From the NCBI GenBank assembly GCA_036172245.1, contig JAYWIR010000001.1:7812001-7876000 (forward strand): 64,000 nucleotides of DNA, given 5' to 3'. Position numbers and translations under genes: made by a program. Each line of letters starts with the position of its first letter. Positions within the stretch are counted from its first letter, which is position 1. Of the stretch, positions 12,001 to 23,339 are shown in pieces. This DNA comes from Raillietiella orientalis. Lineage: Eukaryota. The notes under the pieces were generated by a model that did no database searches, was not told where the DNA came from, and saw nothing but the letters and a program-made list of their open reading frames with translations.

Positions 12001-15000
12001 CGAGGAGGTTTCAGACCCCGGTTTTGCAGACACGTGCGAGCTGTCTCTCGACCCTGGACCCTGCTCCGACTTCACTGTGAAGTACCACTTCGATCTCGCG
12101 GAGGGCGCCTGCAAGCCGTTCTACTACGGCGGTTGCGAAGGCAACGCGAACCGCTTCAGCTCCGAGCAGGAGTGCGAGCAGGTGTGCGTTAGGCGCGACA
12201 CGTACCTGCCTTTCAACCTCACGGAGTACAGCTACGCAGGTAAATGGGCTCTGCTCGCCTCTTCCCCGACAGTTTCGCACTCTGGACCACCCCCTCTTTT
12301 CTCCTCCCTCGTAGTTCTCTGCCAGCTTCCCCTGGAATATGGAACATGCCGCGAAAGCCACCTCAGGTGGTACTTCAATTCGCATCTCATGACCTGCCAG
12401 GAGTTCCGGTACAACGGCTGCGGAGGAAACTTCAACCGGTTCCTCACTATGCACGACTGCATGGCCAAATGCTACGAGACCGTGAAGGATTTCAAGAGCC
12501 AGTTCGAATCCTTGAAGGAGGAGCACAAACACGAAGAGGGTGAGAGCGAAGAGACCAGAAGGACTTACGAACCAGATTTCAAAGAAGCTCACGAAGAAAA
12601 AATCGGTATGCAGGAACGTTCTTCTTTCCATCAGTAAGAGCTTTGTTTGGGGTTGAGGCCAAACGAGGGCTGAATTGGGCCGGCTGATTGGACCGCGATA
12701 CCCAACATGCGGGGGACGATGAAACTTGAAAGAATGCATTCGAAACCTTAAGAACGAGTCGAACATTCTTTCACGTTTCTCATTGGGGATGAAGGGTTCG
12801 TTCTCGTAGAAGGACTCCATAGAAGTCCTAATAATCTTCGGTGCTGCACCTATTACCCTCTCGTGTGTTTTGCAGATCCCTGTCTTCGCCATCAGGAGCA
12901 CTGCAGAGAGCTTAGATGCTCGTACGGAGTAGAAAAATACGTCACTGAAGAAAACTGTGATGCGTGCCAATGCTCGGATCCTTGTAGGAGCATCAGCTGT
13001 CCCACGGGACACAAGTGCATTGTGGACTACGATTTCCGAGATGGGAATGTGTTCTTTATACCTGTCTGCAACGGTGAGTTATCTTCATATCTTGCTTCTG
13101 GATACAGACGGCCGAGAATCCCGTTCCTCCGCGTTGGTTTGGTTTCGGGCGAGGTGCTGCTCCCAAGCAAAACCTCTTGAGCCTTGCCAACGTCCACTGC
13201 TTCAGTTCTTCCAGCTCCCACTTTCCTTCAACTCTGCTGTGTCGGGGCGATCATCATAGCAGGAAGCTATGATGATTTGAAATCTCTTTCAAAAGGAGAA
13301 GAATTGGAAATGGGAGAACTCTCATTCCCATTACCTTCGGAGATAAACACACGATTGCGCAGATTAATTACTCAGTATCAGCTAGCAAGAACTTCGTCTG
13401 GGCAGGGGGGAAACGGGACGGAGGACGCTCGCAGTGTCTTCGTTTCTATGTGCATTCGCAGTTGTGTGAACCCCACGGTTCTTGCGGGATGGGTTCCTTC
13501 TCCCCCCTGTTTGCGCGTCTGTCTGCATGGTCTGATCCATCAAAGCTTTCAGTGTTCCAGTATCCAATCTCCTGCTCTGTGTCTTTTCGCAGTCGTCGGT
13601 GCTTGTTCCTGGGCGTCGGAGGCACCTGACAAAGAGGGGAACCCTCTAGCTTGGATTCTGGGTCTCCGAGTTGCTCGAAATAGGGAATCCGGGAGATAAT
13701 GCCTTGTCGATGTCGACTTGCGATCCCTGTTGTCCTCTCATTTTTTTGGATTCACACGGCTGTGCCTGTGGAAGGGCCACCATGTCCCCACTTCTCTGCA
13801 TCTCCTAGCAGCAGCATTCTGGTTGTTGCTTGCTATACCATGCTGCCGACCTCTCCCAGTTTTGGGGTCGAGTTCCCCTCTCGCCTCGTCTCCGTGGCGA
13901 AACTCTTCGGGTGCGGTTCTCATCTTCCTTGATTTCTCACTCTTACGAGGCTTTGGAGCTCCAATGTCCCTATTTCCCCTCTAGAGCTTCTTTCGCGACA
14001 TTCCCGGAGGCTTTCCTTGGCTCACTTCCGCGCTGGCCGGCAGGTCTGCTGTCGAAATTTCACAGGGAGCGCTGCTGGGGACGGCGCCGGAACTGCCCAT
14101 GGTTCCCGCCGGCTTGGTGCGCATCGAGTTGGGACACTCGAATTGACCTCTTGACACCGCCGTAAAGTTTCCTCCCTCTTTTCGACAGAGCAAAAGTCCG
14201 GGGAGTGCCCTCCCGAAGATGAGGTCAGGCCAGGATGCGACCTGGACTGCTTGTCAGACGACGACTGCCACAGAGACAGCAAGTGCTGCTCCAATGGTTG
14301 CGGCACGGCTTGCGCCAGGCCCAGGCTGCATCCGGAAGGTACCACTCAGGAGAGGGAGGAACCCAGCATCCAAGGTAGGAGAGGCGGTAGCAGTAGAAGG
14401 AGCAGGGGGAGTCGCTTGGGGTTTCCGGAGGTGGAGCGAAACCTCCGTACATCACGTTTGTGGAGAGAACGGTGGAAGCGGAAGAAGGGAACATCGCGTC
14501 CATGAAGTGCGTCGCAACGGGAGTGCCGCTGCCTGAAATCAGCTGGTTCAGAGGATCCAGGAAGGTTGGGGGATCTTTTGTCTCACCCACGCTCCTTTCG
14601 AACTGAATGTTCCCTCCCCCTTCCTTCCCTCTCTATAAGATCGAGGAGTCCGATGGACGCGTGAGGATTCTGAGGGACGGTACACTGGAGGTCGTTGGTG
14701 TTGATCCAGCGGATTCGGGCGAGTACTTGTGCCTGGCGATCAACGGTGTCGGACGACCCGCTCAGGAAGTGGTAACTCTGAAAGTCACAGGTAAATGGAA
14801 GGAAGAAGGAAAGAAGAACGGAAAGCATGTTGTCATGACATGACGGCAGACTTCTGTCCGTCGAACGAACGCCTCTCGTGGCGGTCGTTCGGGGCGGAGC
14901 TGTGGTCGTCGCGCAGACAACGGGGCTCCCGCGAAGGACGCCCGCCGCGTAGAACTCGCGCTTTCTCGAGGATCTCGAGTGTCTTCCTTTCCGAGTCCTT

Positions 15001-18000
15001 CATTGCCGCCCCACCCGTCGCGGAGCTGTTGGTGCTCCCCTTTTCGATGGCACGAAACTTGGGTGCGGTTGCGACTGATCGTCCGCTTCAACCCAAAAAA
15101 AAAAAAAAAGAGAGAAGAGCAGCACCATCAGAGGTGCACGATCTTTCCCAACGGCACCTCTCATTTCCATGCTCGATGGGAAACCCGAAAGGGCAGTCCC
15201 TCCGGTTTCCATGCCGCCGCCGCATCCCCTTTGCATCTTTCCGATCCCCGTTCTTCCACCCGTGCCTCTTTTTGCGGTGCAGACAGAAAAAGAAAAAAAA
15301 AAAAAAAACAGTAGCAGCAGCGTCTCCGGATGAATGCAAAGGAAATGTGGTAGTTGCTGCTGCCGAAACCGAGGGAGGGCACTGAAGCCCCTCGGCATCC
15401 ATCGAGCCCCGAGACCGCTTCCGAATGGCCGGCATGGCTACGCCGTTAGATGACGTTCTCGACGCGCGGCGGCGTGCGAGAGCGAGCGAGCGCGAGCTCC
15501 GGCGGCGTGCCGCTCACTTTGCTAACCGGGAAGGGGGCGGTGGCGGCAGGAAGCGGGCACGGCCGAACTCGGCGCGGCGACCGGAAGCGGGCGCCCCGCC
15601 GGTCATTGCGATATGAGTGGATCCTGTGTTTCAAAATGATGCAGCTTCTTTCCACCCCTGCTCGCAGAGGGAAAGCCGCTGGCAGCGAGCGTAGTCAAGG
15701 GGAACCCCTCTTCTGTGGTTGAGGTCGGCGCGACAACCAATCTGAGTTGCTTGGCGATGGGGCTCCCCAGACCAGCGCTGACCTGGTGGCACGGAGAGGT
15801 CGTGCTCCCGCACTCCTCGGCGAAATACGAGCAGCTGGCCGATCACAACGTGCTGGTCATCCGCTACGTGACCCTGGCAGACCTGGGCCACTACATCTGC
15901 CAGGTGTACAACGGTTTAGGAGAAGCGGACTCGTGGACCATCGTGCTGAAAGCTGTCACCCCTATAAACGCGGCTTTCGAAGAGTCCGATTACGCACGTT
16001 TCGGTCAGTTTCTCATACCATCCGGCCACCAGTCAGCCCTCGACTTCGAGTTCTCCACTACCACCACCACCGCTCCGCCTCCTCTGGCCATAGGTAAGAC
16101 CGCGCTCGCCCTTGAGATTTGCGATGCGTACGCTTTTTCCCCACCCTCCCGCTCTATGCTTTTTTTTTTTCATTCCCCTCACCTGCCCCACCATGCAGCT
16201 TCCAGGTGCCCACCACCCTCAAGAATGGAGGAGGAAATGTCTCCCTTTCTTTCACTCTCTCGCTAAACCCTGCGGACTGCGTGCGCGCGCGGTCGGTCCG
16301 TCAGCGTCCGGTGGTGCGCGACGTACTTAAGGGGTTGCTGAGAGCGCAGTTCTCTGCGCAGCTGTGGGGACGCTGTCGCAGATGTTCCTTCTTGGTCCTT
16401 GGCGCTGAGAGGGTGGGGGTAGGCTGCAGCTTCCTTCCAGCTCATCCCGCGTACACGCTACCCCTGCACCAATTCCACCCGAAGCTTGCTGGGAGCATAG
16501 GGAGAAGCCACGTGCATACCCACCCCCCTTCCAAAGAATAAAGGCAAAATAGAGGACTTGGGGGCGGATCCCAAGATTCTTCTTCACAAAGGGATGCCTT
16601 CCTCTTTGTCATTTCCAGTTCCTGCCGAGGCCAGGATCGATCTGGAGCAAGTGAGGTACCCTCCGCAGACGGACATCATGATCCCGTGCCACGTCAGAGG
16701 GATCCCGACGCCCACGCTGAAATGGTACAAGAATGGAGAGACCATTCATCCGACCGACAAGATCCAGATACTGGGTAAGCCTAGCCTTTTCCCCTCCGGT
16801 AGCTGTCAGGGAACCGTGTGCGGACTTTCTGTCCTTGAGGATGGTGGGGGAGTGGAGGGGTTCCTGAGGTTTTCCGTTCCCTAAGAACTCGAGAGGAACT
16901 GGGAGCAAAGGTCGATCTCGTTCCGGACTGACGGTCCCGTCGGCATAGCGCTGCTGCTCGTGCACCGTCCGCCGCCCTGGATTTCCAGGCAGTGAGATGC
17001 CCTCCCGCGTCATACACAAGTTGTCCCCGTTCTCGTCGCGTCCCTTATGAGGAAAGAGAATGGGAACAGCCCAGAGGAAAAGACCAATCCAGCTGGCCAC
17101 TCTCAATGGGGAGAAGCAACATCCAGCAACCTCTCCGCCTGGCGAGGGTTGGCGTCTTTCCACTTATCAGGAGCACGCGTGGAAGCCACCGGCGGCTCCT
17201 CTACCCATGCCATCGCAAGGGATGAGGCATGAAACCCGATCGTTCCCGAGGGAAGAGGGGAAAGAGCAAGAAGGGGTTATTGCAATTCCTTGTCGGTCAA
17301 AGGGCTCGAGGAAGAGAAGGGGGTAGCGAAGAGGAGAGGAACTCAAGGCAGAGAGATGATAGGGACCTGCATCGTTCCCGGCTTCCGGGAGGTTGTCTCC
17401 CTGCCATCCGTCCCCCTGATATCTGGAAGGACTGCTTGGAGAGAATAGCAGGGAGGGAGAAGGACTCTGCTTCTCCAGCGTCGACCGATCCTCTCAGGAG
17501 GTGGCAAGCGTGGACGGAGAGGAGTTTTCCATCCATCATCTCTTCTTGCCCTGGAGGATCCAACCGTTCTGTTCAATGGACCAAACGCGAGGGTGCGGAG
17601 AAGGAGAGGAGGGAGACGTCCTTCTTCACATGCCGGTCGGTGGGCAGCAGCGTCCGGACTTGTCGGAGCCCTTCCCTGCCTCAGAAGGAAGGAAGCAGAC
17701 GGCAGTATCCAGGTGCCGGACTCCCGATGGTGCCTCCGCAGAAGGCCCTAGGCGCCTGCGTTGTCCCCCGCCGATCCACGCTTAGCCCTCCCCTCTTCCC
17801 GCACTCGGAAATCCCCGTCCAGCAGTCTGCAGGCGCCACTTCTTCCCTCTTCACCTGCTTGAGAAAGTTCCAGAAGATTCGGGAGTCACGCACTTGCCTG
17901 CATTCTTTCCTCCTGCTAGAGCGTTTCGAGACCGAGTTCTCTCTGGGAAAGTGTTCCCCGGGAGAGCTCTAAGTTCCCCCATGTTGACTGGAGCGCGCTC

Positions 18001-19395
18001 TCGCCGACCTTCTCCCCACCGCCTGCTTCGCTTCGCGGGGAAGAGGGACGAGTCCGTCGTTACTTCCGTGGGCAACGCCGAAGGAAAAAGAAAACTCCGC
18101 TGGAGTCGCTAAGCTTCCCGGATACTGGCGGCGGTCGTTTTCGCGCTCCCGTGCTTTCCCCTCTCGATCCCGGCTGGTCTCTGGAACGTGTACTGTGCCA
18201 TATTTTTACCTTTCATTCAGTAGGATCATGCGTGCGATCCCATTTCCTCCTCCCCTCTTCTTCCATCATGACCTGGAGAGACCCAGCGGACGTCCAGGAT
18301 TTCCTCCGGGAACGTCCGTAGCCTGCTCTTCTGGCGTCCTCTCCAGGATGATACCCTTGCTCCCTTTTCTGGGAGAAAACTTCAGTTCCTCCCCTTCTCT
18401 TTGTGATCCTCTTTCCTGGGAGGAAGGGAATTTCCGGAGGCCGGGAAAGTGGCATCTGGACGCCGTACCCTCAAGACCGATGCATTCCCCCAAGAGAACT
18501 GTCCTTTCCGTGACTGTGGCTGGAGGCCATCAGGGAAGGGAACAAGGAAGAGGAGCAGGAGGGGTGGGGAGGGGATCGTGGAAAACGTGGACGGCGCCTC
18601 TCCGAACCACGCCACTGTTGTGGTCGGTGAAGGCGGCTGGAGGAAACGGAAAGTGGCCCATTCTCTTACTGTTCCTCTCCCATCTGCCACTGCCCGCAGG
18701 GGACTCACCGCTTCTCCTCCCTTTCCATTCCAGGCAATAACACACTGACCATCATCAGGAGTAACCCAAGCGATTCCGGCTCGTACACGTGCGAGGTGCA
18801 GAACGATTACGGAATTGACACGGCATCGGTGACCATCGTTGTGGAAGGTGAGCCCAGGGGCGCTGGCGCAGCGGCGACACATCTGGCGAAGGGTCGGGGG
18901 TGAGGGGAGAATGGAATTCTCCTTCCCTGCCTGCAGGCCGACCTCGAAGGCTTCCCGTCCGCCCTACCTGCATCAGGGGACGGCTGGGACTCTGTTCCCT
19001 TCCCTTTTACTCCTGCGCGCACCCGCACTCCCCAGTTCGACTCCCCTCCCTCTTTCATCCCTCCCCAAGTCGTCATAGCGCGAATCTCTTCCTCCTCACT
19101 CCTACTAACTCCTTTTTCTCTTGCCCGCTCCCTCTTCCCGTGGCACCCGCAGGTGTGCTTTCACTTCTCCCTCTTCGTCTCCCCACGTGCGTGCCTTGCA
19201 GGTATCTTCATCCACCCCAACTGCACGGACAACCTGTTCTTCGCCAACTGCGCCCTAATCGTGAGGGCACAGTACTGCTCCAACAAGTACTACGCCGTGT
19301 TCTGCTGCAAGTCGTGCACCTTGGACGGGCAGCTGCCCCTGATGGGTCCCCACCTGCACCGGAACTTCGGCTCCAGCTCACAAAATCTCGTTTAG
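1..19395 (+). CDS. Ppn: Papilin (extracellular matrix proteoglycan), 5'-partial, multi-exon
   Basis: Exons read by hand with GT-AG ends and consistent phase: 1-18, 1807-1980, 2376-2567, 2619-2760, 2821-3450, 3522-3635, 3691-3804, 3887-4048, 4115-4313, 4891-5090, 5147-5311, 5402-5626, 5673-5858, 5963-6139, 6205-6381, 6568-6744, 7507-7680, 7742-7954, 10870-11040, 11310-~11675, 11795-11977, 12030-12239, 12315-~12605, 12876-13073, 14189-~14374, ~14431-14564, 14640-14790, 15668-16093, 16619-16774, 18734-18847, 19202-19395 (TAG). The domain order TSP1 - S/T-rich - Cys repeats - Kunitz array - WAP - Ig - PLAC is diagnostic of invertebrate papilin/lacunin. Confidence 0.95.
1807..2760 (+). other. Papilin TSP1 (thrombospondin type 1) repeats
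   Basis: Motifs WYASQWSE|CSSDCGEGVKTRDVFC and WFVGPWSE|CSKSCGKGDRLRKVLC. Confidence 0.9.
2168..2194. repeat. (CAT)n microsatellite
   Basis: Direct run of catcatcat... in a papilin intron. Confidence 0.9.
3887..5858 (+). other. Papilin Cys-rich (lagrin-type) repeats, about 13 copies
   Basis: Recurrent units of the form [FY]GCCxD[GN]xTxAxGxNxEGC across six exons. Confidence 0.85.
5963..12480 (+). other. Papilin Kunitz/BPTI array, 10 domains, mostly one per phase-1 exon
   Basis: Each exon carries the 6-Cys Kunitz pattern with an FxYGGCxGNxNxF-like core, e.g. ICDKPRERGSCRNFTVKWFFDIEYGGCSRFWYGGCEGNDNRFDSKESC. Confidence 0.92.
9171..9278. repeat. 33-bp minisatellite, 3 full copies plus a partial copy
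   Basis: Unit gcctccgaac[a/g]gctgtttccaaggatcgctgcg at 9171, 9204 and 9237, then gcctctgaa. Confidence 0.95.
12876..19395 (+). other. Papilin C-terminal antistasin-like, WAP, three Ig and PLAC domains
   Basis: CSYGVEKYVTEENCDACQC (antistasin-like). KSGECP..CLSDDDCHRDSKCCSNGCGTAC (WAP). DSGEYLC, DLGHYIC and DSGSYTC (Ig). CTDNLFFANCALIVRAQYCSNKYYAVFCCKSC (PLAC). Confidence 0.9.
13263..13381 (+). pseudogene. Isolated fragment resembling a CHD7/CHD8/kismet chromatin remodeller exon, inside a papilin intron
   Basis: Translation [25 protein letters not shown] resembles the conserved CHD6-9 segment (recalled CHD7: [26 protein letters not shown]). It is preceded by an AG and is more AT-rich than its flanks. 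Confidence 0.65.
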
Positions 19396-20294
19396 GGCGG
19401 TTTCTGTCTTCCCCACCCTCCGCCTCCCACCCCCCACCCCCTCACCCCCCGGAAGCGGGCCACGGGCTCTGATGGTCTCCGGCATCACTAGTCACCACCG
19501 TGAGATGAAGATGGAACGCAGCAGCGACGATCGTCCCAGAGATTGAAAGGAAAAACAAAAAAAAGCAAAAAAAAATGGGGAGGGAGGATGGAGGAGAAAA
19601 CTAAAGGAAAAAAAGGGAGGGGTGAAGGAGAAAGGGGAACGACAAAGATTCTTTTTTTTTTTAAAAAAAAAAAAAAAAAAGGCCTCCGTTGCACGCAGCT
19701 TCCTCAAAGAGAGAACGCTGCTGCTGAGGCATTGCGGTGATGTCGAGAGACTTTCTCCCCCCCCCTCTAGGCCTTCCCCAAGGGCAAATTCTCCCACCCA
19801 CCCACCCTGTCCCCCTCCCCCCCCCTCACCTGACTTTTTTTTTCTGTTTGTTTGTGCGTCTGCCTATGTGTGCCTTACCTGCGCGCGTTTTTCGTGTAGG
19901 TACGTATGCCGTACTTGTACGTGTGTGCATGCTGCGCGCGTTTTCCTTCTCCCTCCCCGCTTCTTCTTCGCTGGACACTCCTCTCCCCTCAACGGAAGAA
20001 ACGGGGACACTGCCGAAAGCGAAGGGAGGCACTCCGGCAGGAAGAGGAGGAGGAAGGAATGAGGAAGAGCGTGCGGCTTCCGGGACAACCAGGAAGACAC
20101 CGCGTCCCGCGAGTGTCTCTGGACTTCCTGCATCACTGCCAACGAAGCCCCGTCCGAGCTCCCAAAGAGGAAACGGGATAGCTCACGCTGTAAGATATTC
20201 TTCCCTTATTGGTCGCTATTTTTCGTTCCCCGCTATCAACCCACCACCACCATTTCCCCTCTCCCCACTCCCAACTTCCACTCCGCCCATCCCC

Positions 20295-20300
20295 AATAAA
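20295..20300 (+). promoter_or_regulatory. Candidate papilin polyadenylation signal
   Basis: First AATAAA seen after the papilin stop codon, about 900 nt downstream. Confidence 0.4.
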
Positions 20301-21349
20301 AAGATCTTTGGGATCATATTCGCTGTTGTTCTTTAGCGCCAACCTTTGGTCCTTAGTGTCCAGTAACGGGAGTTTCTCCAGGACCTCAGGGGAGGAGGAA
20401 GAGCTGGATTCTTCCGTTCCGCGGCTCCCGAGGTGGCTCGCGTCGCGCTTGCGAGGCGCGCTGGAAGCGGCAGCAACTCCGCGGTGCCACCTCGGGGTCG
20501 TGATTTCAGTACCTTCTCCGTCTTGGAGAACGGTGGACGGCGCCACCTTTCGTCATCGCTTCGGCACGGCAGTACTCCCTCGCTGGAAGTTGGCCAACCT
20601 TCGCATATGCAGCAGCAGCTGGATGGGGGCTCATCCGTGACTGCGATCCATCTGCCATTTCAGAAATCCTCTTCCTGCTCTGCCACTCCGTCTTCTCGGG
20701 AGTGCAAGCGCGCTCATGAAGGGCCTCTCTGTTGCGGCACAGGTCCATCAGCGTTTCAGCTAGCCGGCATCAGTGCGGCACGTATTATCTCCTCCCACGA
20801 CATCTTTCTCCCCTCTAGCGGTTGTTCAATCACGGAACCGCTTTCCTCCGACCGTTCCTTCATTTCCACACAGCCCCGCCTTTGGATCGAATACTCCTAG
20901 CCCGAGACCTCAGTTCGATCACTCGCCCTCCTCCTCCTCGACCCCAACAGGGGGAAAAGAGGGGCCGGAACTGTTCTCTCAAGGAGACTACTCCCGCGTG
21001 GGACAGGAAGTGTGGTCGGAGGCTCGCGGCGGTGGCCGAACATCTCTCCGAGTGAGTCGTTCGCTTTCGGGGAGCACCTCACCAAGATCCTCCCGGGTCC
21101 TTTCCGCTCCGATAACAACACCCCCGACGGAAAAGAAAGGAGACGGGACCACCTGCCGGAATAGGGAAACAGATCCCGCGAATAGACCTGGATTGCTTTC
21201 TCAGAGGCGTTCCGGACGTATGAGGGCGCTTTCGGGGTACTCACGCACGTCTTGGAACCGTTCCGACGTACCGAATGGGGTGAAAAAGCCAGAAAGCAGT
21301 CTTTTGGACCGAAATCTGAATGCAGATGCTCACGAAAATGCATCATGGC

Positions 21350-22430
21350 GCTGTCTTTTCTAACAAGACTTGAAGGACGAAGGGTGACTTGTGTAAACAT
21401 TCGAAGATCGAAAACGCGTGCTCAAGATGTCTCACCTCGTTCTTTGCTATCCTCTTGGCACGACTCTGCTGCAGTCTTTGGTATTCATTCCGTCTTGTTC
21501 CTCTCCTGAATCAAAGTGAGAGGGAGGTCTGCCTCACATCTCGTTTGTGGGAACCAGGGGCTTGGAAGGGAACCAGCATCCCCCGCGGCTAACACCAAAC
21601 GCCAAAGGAGACCAGGACAGTCTCATAGCGAGACTAACCTTCAGCCACGCTCCTTCGGCTCAATCGCAGCTGCATTTTCCCGATGCGATTCCTCGCTCTC
21701 GAACCCAATCAAGAGATTCCCTAAACTTCATGTGGAACAACAGAGCATTTTGCCTTTCTCGCCGAAAGCAGCTTCTTACTAGAATCCATTCCTTCACAAG
21801 CAAACCCCGTCTTCGAGAGTAACCTCCTTCGTGACAAGGTCTCACATGCGCAGAAAATCCCCCCTCTTTCGCTGGCAAACGTTTGTGACCGAATGGCTGA
21901 TATGCCTCTAAGGGAGCTAGTGGCTGAACCACGTGTCAACACCATTCAGACTGCGGACTGAAAAAGTACTTGCTCCCTGGAAAGAGGTACGGTTCTCCCG
22001 GATGGAAACAAGCGCTCGTTCAAAGAGACGTTCCTTCATTGGCAAGAATCCACTTTTAATGTAGCAACTCTCTGGTAACCTCTGTCGCATTTTCTTCACG
22101 TTGACACAAAGGACATAGCTCAGGCACTGAACAAGCAGATCATCTGAAATGGTCACAAGGGAAGGAAGATTCTCATTTTCAGAACATGTAGCTGTGATAA
22201 GTGTCTAATGACTTGAATTTCGTAACTCTTTAAATAGAATGGATCTTGTTCTGGTTTAACACAAGACTCCAGTTGTCGAAGAGATTCTCGGAGAGGGGAT
22301 CGGAAACTACGGAGCAGCCTGCTATCGCAGCATCGTAACAGCTTACGGGTTGCCTCCGATTCTTTGATGTGAGCAATCTTAAGGGCGCTGGAGTGATCTC
22401 CCATCCAGTCAGGAGAAGAATTTGCAAATC
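21350..22430 (-). mobile_element. Decayed RLE-type (NeSL/Utopia-like) non-LTR retrotransposon relic
   Basis: Minus-strand fragments in the expected order: LRLLTSKN; SFQGAST..VDTWF; GISAIRSQT..CACETL (zinc-knuckle remnant); SRAKRIAKNE..SPFVLQVL (RLE-like). Many stops and frameshifts. Confidence 0.4.
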
Positions 22431-23339
22431 CGTTTACAAATGAGCTCTGAACGATTTCGCGTACCTCTTATTGCTTGACACTACGCAGTCTGATTCACAG
22501 GGTTTTTCGCAACATTTGTTTCACTCTGCTGGAAACACTAGCAATACATGCTGTATACGACACAACTGGTAACAAGAAGCTTGGAGCTCCTGGGCTACGA
22601 TTTTTTAATGTTTTTTTTTTTTATTCTACTGAAGATTGTACTCACCGGTGGATTTCTCTCTTCTTGGCCTCTTGATGTTGCTAATTAATGTATAAACAAA
22701 TGCATTTTCTTTCTAAATGCTTATCATTAAGTTGGCCTCTGCTATTTGGAAATCAAGGTTTACCTTTAAAAGTCAGTTATTATGAAAAGTCATGGATAGA
22801 ATATTTTTCTTCTATTTAGCCTTTTTTGTGCACCATCGAGAGACGCCTTGTTGTATTTAGAATATTTTATATTATACCATTAAAGTCTCTGAGACTTGAT
22901 CCGATCGTTGACAAATTGGGCAACCTCTGTTTTGCCTAAAACTTCTAACCAGGGATATTGCTGTTATTCGTGTAGTTAATGCATGCAACTTGAAATGTAA
23001 AATAAAATATATTTTTGAAATCCGAAAGTTCTTCATATGTAACTTAGGCCACTTTCAAAATAAGCGGTCTCTTCATTTTGCTTGATTCTTCCCGTGCCAC
23101 ACAGCTGTTTATTTTTGTTCAAGAAATTTGGAGCACAGTAATTTTTCCTTCTCACACGACATATTGTTTTGATACAGCGTCGATATAATTTTACTCCACA
23201 TTCATGGAATACATGGTTCGTGTTCCCACTTATTATGATTAGTAAGATAATTCCCTTTCAGATTTACTGTACTGTCGTAGCAGTCAGCTGGTTCGAAAAC
23301 TCATTCTGTACGTATACTGCCATTCTTGTGGATGACGAT

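Noticed and set aside
12011..13012. 333-aa minus-strand ORF
   Set aside because: Antisense shadow of papilin Kunitz exons.
17229..18740. Several 180-250 aa ORFs in the papilin Ig intron
   Set aside because: GC-rich chance ORFs without recognisable motifs.
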